IMG/VR virus record: IMGVR_UViG_3300029537_000007
Reading direction: 5' to 3' (one strand)
DNA length: 37,563 nt
Source of the DNA: a virus
Part shown: one piece after another, positions 8,410 through 16,399 of the stretch
How the letters are laid out: each line of letters begins with the position of its first letter
How positions within the stretch are numbered: position 1 is the stretch's first letter
Notes under the pieces: generated by a model
What the model was told of the DNA's origin: nothing
The model's input: the letters and a program-made list of their open reading frames with translations, nothing else
Database searches by the model: none
Position numbers and translations under genes: made by a program

Positions 8410-8837
8410 CGTTTTTCCTCCAATCCTCTGAAAATGACAACCATACTTGGAAAAGGAGCGGAATTTCTACTTCCGCCGAATTTAAGGCGTCCTTTTATGA
8501 AACGAATTTCCGAACGATTGTAGATATAATCGTGAAACCATCTCGTATCCGTTCTCGCCGGCAAAAGCATCACTACTGTATTTCCTTCAATGCTTGAAAA
8601 AAATCCACGGCGCACCCATTCTCCTATCTGCCTGCCATATGGCGGATTGCACCATATAGTTCCCATCCACGGCTTTTTCAGCCCATCTTGTTCCGGCGTA
8701 TAGTAGTTTTCACATTTAGCGTTTTGGGGTAATGCGCAAACATCCAAGGTAAAATGGAACTCATCGTTTAACTGGTTGAAAAATTCCTGTGGTGTTTCCC
8801 AAAGATCTGTCCGACTAGAATACATCACATCTGTCAT
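8406..8837 (-). CDS. Phage Dam-type DNA N6-adenine methyltransferase (orphan)
   Basis: 143 aa with FTLDVCA...NAKC..YYT...GL...W.G.IWCNPPYG (NPPY catalytic motif); no adjacent endonuclease. Confidence 0.8.
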   Translation of the reverse strand: MTDVMYSSRTDLWETPQEFFNQLNDEFHFTLDVCALPQNAKCENYYTPEQDGLKKPWMGTIWCNPPYGRQIGEWVRRGFFSSIEGNTVVMLLPARTDTRWFHDYIYNRSEIRFIKGRLKFGGSRNSAPFPSMVVIFRGLEEKR

Positions 8838-9085
8838 ATCGCGTGCCTTTCTTTTTCTTTACAAACCACAAATTCGCAATGCCCATCGAGCGGGCAGTTA
8901 ACGCAAGTCCGTGTATCCGTGTACGTTTCCACACGCTTTAAAATGCTGCATCTTTTGCACTCCGCCGCATCCATCATGCACTCCAACGCAATTGCTTTTG
9001 ACGTATCGCTGATTTCGTGTTTGCTACAGTGGAATGCCTCATCCCAAAAATCTTGAATCGCCGATTGTAGTTCTTCCCGTGTCAC
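8834..9085 (-). CDS. Cys-rich hypothetical protein
   Basis: The start is refined to GTG 9085 (GGAGGG upstream, GTGA overlap with the upstream stop). Multiple Cys pairs are present (CKRC, CVNC, HCEFVVC). Confidence 0.5.
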   Translation of the reverse strand: MTREELQSAIQDFWDEAFHCSKHEISDTSKAIALECMMDAAECKRCSILKRVETYTDTRTCVNCPLDGHCEFVVCKEKERHAI

Positions 9086-9441
9086 GTGTTTCCCTCCAAT
9101 CCGCGCCACTCCCAGCAGTCTTTTTTGCCGCACCGTGTGCTCCCCTCATCGGTTTCGTACTTACAAAAAAAGCATTCAGTATAAAAACTAACAGCGTATT
9201 TTAAATCATTGACCGCCGCATCCCTCTCCGCCTTGTATCGGTCGCGCTCTGCGGCCACCGTGGCAAGTTCGCCTATGAGATTCGTGTTGTCGATTTTTTC
9301 AAAGTAGAGTTCTGCGCACAATTGTTCAATGCGGTCCGCTGCTGTTATAAACTCTGAACGCTTACATAGAGTTGGTTCCCATTCGTCCATCATGCAATTA
9401 GCATTTAATCGCAACCGCTCCACAAGCTCTTTATCTGTCAT
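9082..9441 (-). CDS. Hypothetical protein
   Basis: 119-aa ORF on the operon strand. Confidence 0.5.
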   Translation of the reverse strand: MTDKELVERLRLNANCMMDEWEPTLCKRSEFITAADRIEQLCAELYFEKIDNTNLIGELATVAAERDRYKAERDAAVNDLKYAVSFYTECFFCKYETDEGSTRCGKKDCWEWRGLEGNT

Positions 9442-9937
9442 GCTCTGCCTCCCTTTCCACCAGCGCGGCCTCGGCGGCTTCGCGGGTCAGAAATACGGTT
9501 TTGCCGAGAGCGGATATTTCAAATCCATTCAGATTTGAATAAATACCGTCTAGTAAATCCCACCCTACAAGAATCGAACTCCCAGAAAAATGCACAGAAA
9601 TCACCTTGTATGTAGAGATAACCCCTCTCTTATTTGGCTCATATACGGTATTTCCAAGCAACCGGTACGCCTGCGCCAGCTCGTATAGGCGGTCAATAGG
9701 AATTTCCTTGATGATTTCCAACCGCTGAGCGTTTTCAGTTCGCAAGGTCATGCCGCGCCCGTATGAATCTAAAATGCGCTCGATTTCCTCCGGCTCCAGC
9801 CCGGTTTCCTCGTAGGCGGCGAGGCGAGCTGCCAGTTCTTTTACACAATCGACAAATTCATCTACCGTATCATCTTTAACTGGCGGGAAATTTTTATGCG
9901 CCCAAAATTTACCATCGAAAACAGTAATTCTCTCCAT
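9431..9937 (-). CDS. Hypothetical protein
   Basis: Track ORF 9431..9946; ATG at 9937 (MERITVF) has GAGGA 8 nt upstream. Confidence 0.5.
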   Translation of the reverse strand: MERITVFDGKFWAHKNFPPVKDDTVDEFVDCVKELAARLAAYEETGLEPEEIERILDSYGRGMTLRTENAQRLEIIKEIPIDRLYELAQAYRLLGNTVYEPNKRGVISTYKVISVHFSGSSILVGWDLLDGIYSNLNGFEISALGKTVFLTREAAEAALVEREAEHDR

Positions 9938-9949
9938 TTTACACATCCT

Positions 9950-10213
9950 CTATTCGTGTATCCCGTTTTTTCTTAATCTTTTTAACGATAACATGTTGAA
10001 CACATCAAATTCTGTTGTACCTATTTTTGTTTCTCCTGCATGCGGATTTTTAGGAGCGTTATCACCGATTGGGTTTGATTCTGTAAATTTTTTGCTCTCA
10101 TTGCAAAATTTGTTTAATAACTCATAAAATTCTTTTGGCTTATTCCAAACTGGAAATTCTTTATACTCTTCAATTGCTGTATGCAAATACTTCCAATAAT
10201 CACTCAATGTCAA
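9950..10213 (-). CDS. Hypothetical protein (AT-richer gene)
   Basis: Track ORF 9950..10243; the likely start is TTG 10213, in a TTGA overlap with the upstream stop and after GGGAGGAG. Confidence 0.45.
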   Translation of the reverse strand: MTLSDYWKYLHTAIEEYKEFPVWNKPKEFYELLNKFCNESKKFTESNPIGDNAPKNPHAGETKIGTTEFDVFNMLSLKRLRKNGIHE

Positions 10214-10500
10214 TTCTCCTCCCGGCGCTGGCCCCAGCTGCAAAAATCAGTAAGGTTGATATTACGGTTTGTCATCTTACAGTAGCACCAGCTTTCGACT
10301 TCGTTTTCGCCAATACATGTAAACTTGCATTCATTGCAGTAGCACACACCAGCAGCGTTCACCGGGTCAACGGAAGGCGGTTTGTTTGCCTGCGCAATCG
10401 CACTATCGTATCCAGCACATTTATCTGGAATGTTACCATTCAAGCGACGTTTGAATTTCAGGCGCTCAATCAGCGCATCAGCGTCAATCAGCCTTGCCAT
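10210..10500 (-). CDS. Cys-rich hypothetical protein, paralogue-like to 10924..11217
   Basis: The start is refined to ATG 10500 (MARLIDADALIERL) with GGAGGG upstream; the longer track ORF would overlap the Lar-like gene by about 140 nt. Confidence 0.5.
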   Translation of the reverse strand: MARLIDADALIERLKFKRRLNGNIPDKCAGYDSAIAQANKPPSVDPVNAAGVCYCNECKFTCIGENEVESWCYCKMTNRNINLTDFCSWGQRREEN

Positions 10501-10717
10501 TGTCAGCCCTCCGGTTCCATGCTTCTTGTGCTTCGAGGTACTCAGAATCATTTTTGTGATATTTTGTGCTGTATAACACCCTATTTGAACGAGCATCACA
10601 GTTTGTACAGCGCACATATACAGCATCGCACCAATGGAATTTAGTTTTTACTTGTTTCCTTACAAATTCAGCTTTTCCCCCGCAGAAAGGGCACGGCTTT
10701 AAGTCAGTCATTGTCAT
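10484..10717 (-). CDS. Lar-family restriction-alleviation-like zinc-ribbon protein
   Basis: 77 aa with LKPCPFCGGKAEF...RCTNC...AQEAWNRR, matching the Lar-family pattern (CPFCG, C.NC, AWNRR). Confidence 0.6.
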   Translation of the reverse strand: MTMTDLKPCPFCGGKAEFVRKQVKTKFHWCDAVYVRCTNCDARSNRVLYSTKYHKNDSEYLEAQEAWNRRADNGKAD

Positions 10718-10937
10718 TCCCTCCGTCTACCAGATACAGGTCTGCATACTGTTTGTTTAATCCAACAGAACAAAGCTCCCCAAACTCATCTGAGATGACG
10801 GCCACAATTGCCTTGTCAAGTTCTCCACATGTTACTTTCGCTTGCAACGTTTCAAACGGAAGTAATCCGTCAGTGCTTTCGTCAACATTGAAATTCAACT
10901 CAATGGTAGCGACATATTTCCCTTTAATCATTGTCAT
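10704..10937 (-). CDS. Hypothetical protein
   Basis: The start is refined to ATG 10937 (MTMIKGKY), preceded by the same GGAGGG-ATGACAATGA junction as the Lar-like gene. It ends ...DGGNDND*. Confidence 0.5.
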   Translation of the reverse strand: MTMIKGKYVATIELNFNVDESTDGLLPFETLQAKVTCGELDKAIVAVISDEFGELCSVGLNKQYADLYLVDGGNDND

Positions 10938-11217
10938 TCCCTCCGTCCATCTTGGCGCCGCAGTTGGGGCAGTAATTATCAACAATTCTCACATGGCGGC
11001 AATGAGAGCAAGTACCCACCTCATGCCCGTTTTCTTCATGGAGTTCTATCCACTCACCACGCACCACCGGAGCGGCATCAACGGTTGGCGCAGTTTCGAC
11101 CTCACTAATCGCCGTTGCAATTCCGCTCAGAAATTCTGATTTATCATAGTTCACGCATGGGTTTATCCACTTATCCAACTCTTCAAGCAGCGCCTTTCGG
11201 CTTATCAAATCAGCCAT
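10924..11217 (-). CDS. Zinc-ribbon hypothetical protein
   Basis: The start is refined to ATG 11217 (MADLISRKALLEEL). The C-terminus reads CSHC...CPNCGAKMDGGNDND*. Confidence 0.5.
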   Translation of the reverse strand: MADLISRKALLEELDKWINPCVNYDKSEFLSGIATAISEVETAPTVDAAPVVRGEWIELHEENGHEVGTCSHCRHVRIVDNYCPNCGAKMDGGNDND

Positions 11218-11257
11218 TGTCTTTCTCTCCAATCACATCGGCTCTACGCCCATCTTT

Positions 11258-11560
11258 TCATAGCTCATCCTCGATATCGGCTACGTCTACACCAGCTTCA
11301 CGCAAATCTCTCAGCATCGCAAAATCCGCGCAGTTGTCAGCCCGCAGCTCACCGTATTTCTCGCATACCTGCGGCATCTCGGATTGGATTCGCTCGATAT
11401 CCTCAGCAGTAAATCCGGCATTGAGCGCTGCGCACATCCACAGATATTGCGCGCGCCTGGCAACGTCATCCAACTGCTTTTCAATCACCCGTTTTGCAGC
11501 ATAGGCGGCTGCCTGCCGCTCTTTTACAGATAGGCATTTATCCCTGTATCTTGCGTTCAC
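11258..11560 (-). CDS. Hypothetical protein
   Basis: 100-aa ORF on the operon strand. Confidence 0.5.
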   Translation of the reverse strand: MNARYRDKCLSVKERQAAAYAAKRVIEKQLDDVARRAQYLWMCAALNAGFTAEDIERIQSEMPQVCEKYGELRADNCADFAMLRDLREAGVDVADIEDEL

Positions 11561-11976
11561 ACGTCATCCATCCTTATTTGTCTTGCTTTCAACTTTTCTT
11601 TTACTTCGCTGCCCAACAGCGTTTTATCGCCAGTCATAGCCGCAATGCATGTGCAGGCTAGTGGAAACAGCACGTCAATTCCTTCTCCGCTTTCCAGCGC
11701 CTTATGCAGCCGAATGCGAAACTCGTTCGATACCTTTAATCCAGTCTGCCATTCATCTCGCAGCATGTCACGGGTCTGTTCTGTACTGACAGCTCGTTCA
11801 AATGCATTCCGAAGCCGTACCTTTTCATCATGCGCAGCTTGCACATTCACAACGCCTCGTCTATAATCCTCATAGAGATGTCTGAGCGCAAAATAACACA
11901 TCTGTTCATGCAGAGGCGCGTTATCCGGCATCGGTTCAAACTTCAGCACAGAATGTTCAATTTGTTTAAAATCCAT
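11557..11976 (-). CDS. Hypothetical early protein
   Basis: Track ORF 11557..12132 runs into the iteron region. ATG 11976 (MDFKQIEHS) has GAGGAAAA 7 nt upstream; ATG 11994 is an alternative. Confidence 0.5.
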   Translation of the reverse strand: MDFKQIEHSVLKFEPMPDNAPLHEQMCYFALRHLYEDYRRGVVNVQAAHDEKVRLRNAFERAVSTEQTRDMLRDEWQTGLKVSNEFRIRLHKALESGEGIDVLFPLACTCIAAMTGDKTLLGSEVKEKLKARQIRMDDV

Positions 11977-11995
11977 TGTTTTTTCCTCAGTCATC

Positions 11996-12279
11996 GTAAC
12001 CACTCGTATCCACCTTGTAACCACCCCACTGGTTACGTGTTTTTTGGCTTTGCAAAGCCATTTTTTAAGGTATGTAACCACTGTAACCACTATTTGTGGA
12101 AGTTCCCACACGCGCGAACACACACAACCCATTTTTTACCAGCATATATGTTTCATACGTGATATGTATATCAAAACAGTGGTTACACTGGTTACAGTGG
12201 TTACAAGGTCTGATTTTTGGCTCTGTTGAGCCATTTTTTTGTAACGCAAAACGTAACCAGTAGAAGTTTGAGTGGTTAC
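11996..12279. repeat. Iteron cluster and putative origin of replication
   Basis: At least 10 copies of GTAACCA(C)/(G)TGGTTAC at 11996, 12017, 12030, 12074, 12083, 12179, 12189, 12197, 12253 and 12272. They flank an AT-rich tract (12131..12178) and two T-flanked hairpins (TGGCTTTGCAAAGCCA 12045..12060; TGGCTC-TGTT-GAGCCA 12218..12233). Confidence 0.7.
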
Positions 12280-12282
12280 AAA

Positions 12283-14007
12283 TCAGTCCGGAATGTAGTC
12301 CAAAGGCTCAAAATCGTCATTTTCAAGCTGCGGGAGCCTCAAAACCACGCATCTGGTGGGGATGTTGTTGATTCTGACAGTCTTCGTCAGATGCGGTTTG
12401 CTCGTTTGCAGGTAGTTGTTCTGCGCGAGCCAGCTCAACAGCGCCTGCGCGTTGTATCCTCCGTCTGCGCATATCGAATCAAATACCTTCCGTATCACGA
12501 TTGCCGTATCATCGTCCTCCAGCCGTCCCCAAACATCGCTCACCGGGGCGTCTCCGCCAAGGAACTTATTTGCATTCTGGCTGATCGTTTCGCATAAATA
12601 CTGATATCCGCGCTCATGCGCTGAAACGCTTGCTTTTGTCCGCAGAAATTCGCCGATCTCACCGGCTGTGAGTGCGCGGCCGTCTTCAAAAATCCATTCT
12701 GTTGCAAGATTGTCGGCAGTCAGTACAAGCGCCGCAGCCATAGCCTGCTTTTCCGTGGTATCTCCCTCGCCAAGCTGTACGCTGTACCGTTTAAACAGAT
12801 CGGCAGCGCGCTCCATTGCACCGTCCTGTTGTAAGTGCTCAACAAATGCACACCCCGCAAAGCCGTAGTTTTTACGAACGGTATCTGCAACGCCGCGCGG
12901 GTCTTCAAACAGTTTTTCCCGGCATTCTATTTCGATGATACGGTTTACCGCACCGCCGCCGCTGCCCGCGCCTGTAATAGGCATTTCTCCGCTTGTAAGG
13001 ATGCAGTTTGCCCAGGTAGGGGTTTTATCCACCCCTCCGCTTTTCGTGCCTCTGGTGCGCCCTGCACCCTCCGAGAGCATATAGATGTCCTTGTCAAACT
13101 CCCGCTTGTCCTTTACGATCTGCAGCTCGTCCAGTATCAGAGGCAGACTGTTTACAAACGCCGCAGACTTTTCCCGGCCAACCGCAGTGCTGTTGAATGT
13201 GTGGATGAAACGCCCGATTTCAGGGTTTGCCCATACGCTGGCTGCCAACATAAGGCCCACGGTCTTGCCGGATTCCGTGCCTCCCCAAAGGTGTACGAAG
13301 AACGGCAGACCGCCCAGCGGCTTTACCAGGACAGACGCAAACGCCGATGCAAGGATAACGCGGGCAAATACACTCTTCTGCCGGATGCCGCGTGCCATGC
13401 CGAGCCATTTTTCCATGCTGCCGCGTTTTTTCACGCTCTCAAAAAATGTTCGAAAATTTGCGTCTCCGTCAAATACAAGTTCTTCCACGTAGGGCGAAAA
13501 ACCCTCATCTTCAATCCATCCCAGGCGGCTCACACTGTTTTTTTCAGGGATCCGATCATAGTTCAAAGATTCGAGGTCATAGAAATACTGTACCAGGTGC
13601 TTTGCGCTTTCAGACGTCACAGCGACGCCCACGTTTGCAAGCTCCAATATCTTGTTTGCGCTGGCCAACACGCCTTTTTCAGCTATGACTTTGCGCCACT
13701 GCTTGCCCTTTCGATAGGCAATCTGAAGCTTCTCTGCGCCCGTGTCGATGTTTACGAGCCGCAGCACCGGCATGATCGGATGATTGCACGCCTCAATATC
13801 CGAACCATATGGACCATCCGTTCTTATCCCAAATTCATCCGCCACCCAGCGGCCGGAATCCAGTTCCATTTCCTGTCCATCAAATTGCGTGACATTCGGC
13901 ACCATGATCTCTTTGTTTTTGATGCGCAGGCTGTCTATGTATGCCTTATAGAGTTTTTTGAAGCCGTTCACGCCGACCGATTTTGCCCAAATCGTCATCT
14001 GTTCCAA
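12283..14007 (-). CDS. DUF927/SF3-type replicative helicase
   Basis: 574 aa with Walker A WGGTESGKT and Walker B LPLILDELQ; adjacent to the CHC2 zinc-finger gene and the iteron cluster. The start is uncertain (TTG 14007 or ATG 13998). Confidence 0.75.
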   Translation of the reverse strand: MEQMTIWAKSVGVNGFKKLYKAYIDSLRIKNKEIMVPNVTQFDGQEMELDSGRWVADEFGIRTDGPYGSDIEACNHPIMPVLRLVNIDTGAEKLQIAYRKGKQWRKVIAEKGVLASANKILELANVGVAVTSESAKHLVQYFYDLESLNYDRIPEKNSVSRLGWIEDEGFSPYVEELVFDGDANFRTFFESVKKRGSMEKWLGMARGIRQKSVFARVILASAFASVLVKPLGGLPFFVHLWGGTESGKTVGLMLAASVWANPEIGRFIHTFNSTAVGREKSAAFVNSLPLILDELQIVKDKREFDKDIYMLSEGAGRTRGTKSGGVDKTPTWANCILTSGEMPITGAGSGGGAVNRIIEIECREKLFEDPRGVADTVRKNYGFAGCAFVEHLQQDGAMERAADLFKRYSVQLGEGDTTEKQAMAAALVLTADNLATEWIFEDGRALTAGEIGEFLRTKASVSAHERGYQYLCETISQNANKFLGGDAPVSDVWGRLEDDDTAIVIRKVFDSICADGGYNAQALLSWLAQNNYLQTSKPHLTKTVRINNIPTRCVVLRLPQLENDDFEPLDYIPD

Positions 14008-14126
14008 CGCACGGTCATGTACAAACGGGTCTGCCTTGTGCGCATAAACATCCTCAAACGGCTTCGTTCCTTTTAAAAAATCGTCCTTTGTATAGGGCGA
14101 TATCGTTATTTCCTGTGATATTCAAA

Positions 14127-14642
14127 TCACCTCCAAGGGTGGCCTTGCAGCCACTCCCATTCGTCTTCACAACCACGCACAGCGGCAATATAGCTTGGAT
14201 ACATTGTTTCACTGCCCAAGAGCGGGCGGAAGTCTTTCTCCGCTTCCTCACAGGCTCTATACCGCAGCATATGGCTGTCCCACTCTTTCCTGTATGCCTC
14301 CAGATCTTCCAGCTCTTTTGCACGCTGTGCGCGGCGCTGAACGGCCATGGCGCGGGTATCAGTCTTTTCATCATCTGTAAACCCAAAATCCGCGCCAAGC
14401 CGTATGACCGCCTGTGAAAAGCTGAGTCCAAACAGCTTCATCACGAAACTGATCACGTCGCCCCCGGCGCCGCATCCGAAGCATTTCCAGCGTTTGTCAT
14501 TCGCATATGTGCCAAGGCTCGCGGTTTTCTCGCTGTGGAAAGGACATACGATAAAGCCTGCACGATTCTGTTCAAAGCCATACTTGGCGAAGATATCGCG
14601 CATCGTAAGGCTGCCCTTGATAATGTCCACCGCACGCCCCAT
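14127..14642 (-). CDS. CHC2 (DnaG-type) zinc-finger protein, stand-alone primase zinc-binding domain
   Basis: 171 aa with CPFHSEKTASL...WKCFGCGAGGDVISFV; too short to hold a TOPRIM/RNA polymerase domain. Confidence 0.75.
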   Translation of the reverse strand: MGRAVDIIKGSLTMRDIFAKYGFEQNRAGFIVCPFHSEKTASLGTYANDKRWKCFGCGAGGDVISFVMKLFGLSFSQAVIRLGADFGFTDDEKTDTRAMAVQRRAQRAKELEDLEAYRKEWDSHMLRYRACEEAEKDFRPLLGSETMYPSYIAAVRGCEDEWEWLQGHPWR

Positions 14643-15160
14643 CAGAATGCCTCGCTTTCCAAAAGCTCCTTTGCTTCCCGGTACAGCACCTCGCGTATCA
14701 ACGGCCCGCTCAGCTTCGGCTCGCAGAAAAGCAGCTGGCAGTTATACCGCGCCAGCCACGCCGTCATACTTGCTATCAGCGCCTGCGGCGTCATTCTCGT
14801 GCGAAATTCACCGTCCCAGGCCTGTTCCCACGAGCCGTTTTCCACAAGCAGATAGATTTTCGCGCCCATGCCGGCCGCGCGTTCAAATTCGCGTGTGAAC
14901 CTGTCCCGGCTGCGCGTGTAGCATTGGCACAACTCGTCAAGGCTCATTTTCCGTTCCACGGCCACACGCCCGGCAAGGCTCCACCAGTCGCCTGTGGGCA
15001 GCCGTAACTTCGCGGAATAGTCCCCGAAGTCCAGCTTCTGCCTCTCGTACGGGCATTCCATTTTCTTTAAACGAAGCCGCAGACGCGGCGTGTCCTGTTC
15101 CCGTGTGTCCACCAGTATCACCATGCTGTCAAGCACGGCTTTTTGCTCTACCGGATGCAT
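14642..15160 (-). CDS. ERCC4/XPF-Mus81-type structure-specific nuclease
   Basis: 172 aa with ILVDTREQD, FGDYS and VERKMSLDEL (the ERKxxxD signature). Confidence 0.75.
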   Translation of the reverse strand: MHPVEQKAVLDSMVILVDTREQDTPRLRLRLKKMECPYERQKLDFGDYSAKLRLPTGDWWSLAGRVAVERKMSLDELCQCYTRSRDRFTREFERAAGMGAKIYLLVENGSWEQAWDGEFRTRMTPQALIASMTAWLARYNCQLLFCEPKLSGPLIREVLYREAKELLESEAF

Positions 15161-15771
15161 CAGAAGGGCAAATCTTCGTCATCGTCAATGGTGGCGAAAT
15201 CATCTGTATCCGCAGCCACGTCAATGCTCACGGCATTTTTGTTCGGCTTGTCAGCAGGCAGAGTAAACTTGCCATTACGCACTCGTTCTACCGTCAGTGC
15301 TCTAAACGGCTGCGCTTTCCATCCATTGCGCGTCCCCATGGCCCATTGCTCGTTGCGGAACAAAATGCCGATCATCTTCCCCTTGAGCTGTTCTTCGTGT
15401 TCAAAATCAAAATGGTACCCGATATTACTTTCTTCAACAGCTTCGATCAGCGCCTTGAGTGCGCTCTTTGTCCACTCGTCATTTTCCGTGCCGTCGTCCT
15501 TGGGGAGATACTGCCGGAGCACACCTTTCCACTTCTTGTCCTCGCCGCGCTGCGCATCGAAATCCTTCTTGTAGTGTCCCGAAAAATCCCCTTCTGCAAT
15601 GTCGAATGCGATCTCCAGCTTTTCAAAGGTGCTGCTGCCGTCGCGGCTCTCGTATGTGCGTACTCCTGCTTTCAAAATTTTGCAGATGTATGCTCCCACA
15701 GGCAGTTTTTCCCGCTCCGCTGCGGCTTTTACATTTTCCCAGTTATCAGGTTTTTTAATTGCCATTTCCAT
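15160..15771 (-). CDS. DUF669-like ssDNA-binding-type protein with an SSB-like acidic C-terminal tip
   Basis: 203 aa paired with a P-loop ATPase as in AAA_24+DUF669 phage modules; the C-terminus is TIDDDEDLPF*. Confidence 0.6.
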   Translation of the reverse strand: MEMAIKKPDNWENVKAAAEREKLPVGAYICKILKAGVRTYESRDGSSTFEKLEIAFDIAEGDFSGHYKKDFDAQRGEDKKWKGVLRQYLPKDDGTENDEWTKSALKALIEAVEESNIGYHFDFEHEEQLKGKMIGILFRNEQWAMGTRNGWKAQPFRALTVERVRNGKFTLPADKPNKNAVSIDVAADTDDFATIDDDEDLPF

Positions 15772-16397
15772 TACTCCTTTTCTTTTACAGCCTTTTCCAG
15801 TCCGTAATATTCGCGGATGATTCCATCCACGGCTTTCAAATCGTTTTCAATTACCGGCTCGAACATTTCCATCGGGCTCTTCGCGGTCGTGGTACCGTCG
15901 CTCTGCGTGATAAATTGATGATTTCGCCCGTCCGTCTGGCACAGCAGCACGATGGAAAACAAACCTTCCAGCGTCAATTTTTCATCCAACATCTTACCGA
16001 TGGTCTTTGCCTTGATTCGCCCGTCCACCACGTCCACGTGGTGCAAAAAGTACACGATCACATCATCCGGCAGTTTTTTGATAACGAGCTGCACGAGATT
16101 GTAAAAATGCAATGCCATGTCTGTGAATTTCTGATATCCCACCTCAGCCGATTTGCTGAACATCTCAAAGCACATCAGATATTGGCTATCGTCAATAGCA
16201 AAAGACTTGCACTTGCCGCCCAGCAGGCCGGACATGATTTTTGCGTATTCATCTGTGTTTTTGCTCGGCAGTTTCTTTTTAAAAGGCAGCGGTTTCCCGG
16301 CCACATTGAAAATACCGATCTCACCCGGCTCAAAGTTCCGCAGGCTCGCGCTTTTTCCGCTCCCGCTCTCGCCCAGAATCAAAACTGGAATCCCCAA
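15771..16397 (-). CDS. P-loop ATPase (AAA_24/Sak4-like recombination or replication ATPase)
   Basis: 208 aa with Walker A LGESGSGKS and Walker B-like SFAIDDS. Confidence 0.7.
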   Translation of the reverse strand: MGIPVLILGESGSGKSASLRNFEPGEIGIFNVAGKPLPFKKKLPSKNTDEYAKIMSGLLGGKCKSFAIDDSQYLMCFEMFSKSAEVGYQKFTDMALHFYNLVQLVIKKLPDDVIVYFLHHVDVVDGRIKAKTIGKMLDEKLTLEGLFSIVLLCQTDGRNHQFITQSDGTTTAKSPMEMFEPVIENDLKAVDGIIREYYGLEKAVKEKE

Positions 16398-16399
16398 AA

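Noticed and set aside
11996-12279. A CRISPR array or tandem satellite
   Set aside because: The repeat unit is only 7-8 nt, occurs in both orientations with irregular spacing (1-40 nt), and has no CRISPR-sized repeat or spacers and no cas genes. It fits iterons.
12835-14076. Very long plus-strand ORFs antisense to the minus-strand genes (12835..14076, 1457..2452, 15759..16877, 27248..28252, 33371..34477, 36207..37031, 5343..5894 and similar)
   Set aside because: Their translations are R/H/C/P-rich, low-complexity and motif-free, as expected for open antisense frames of GC-rich genes. The minus-strand partners carry clear motifs (Walker boxes, HxH, portal/terminase synteny) and coupled starts.
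14008-14129. A programmed frameshift or read-through fusing the CHC2 zinc-finger ORF to the helicase ORF
   Set aside because: The helicase frame has a TGA at 14124..14122, downstream of the CHC2 stop (14129..14127), and the CHC2 frame hits TAA again at 14108. No single shift or read-through joins the frames.
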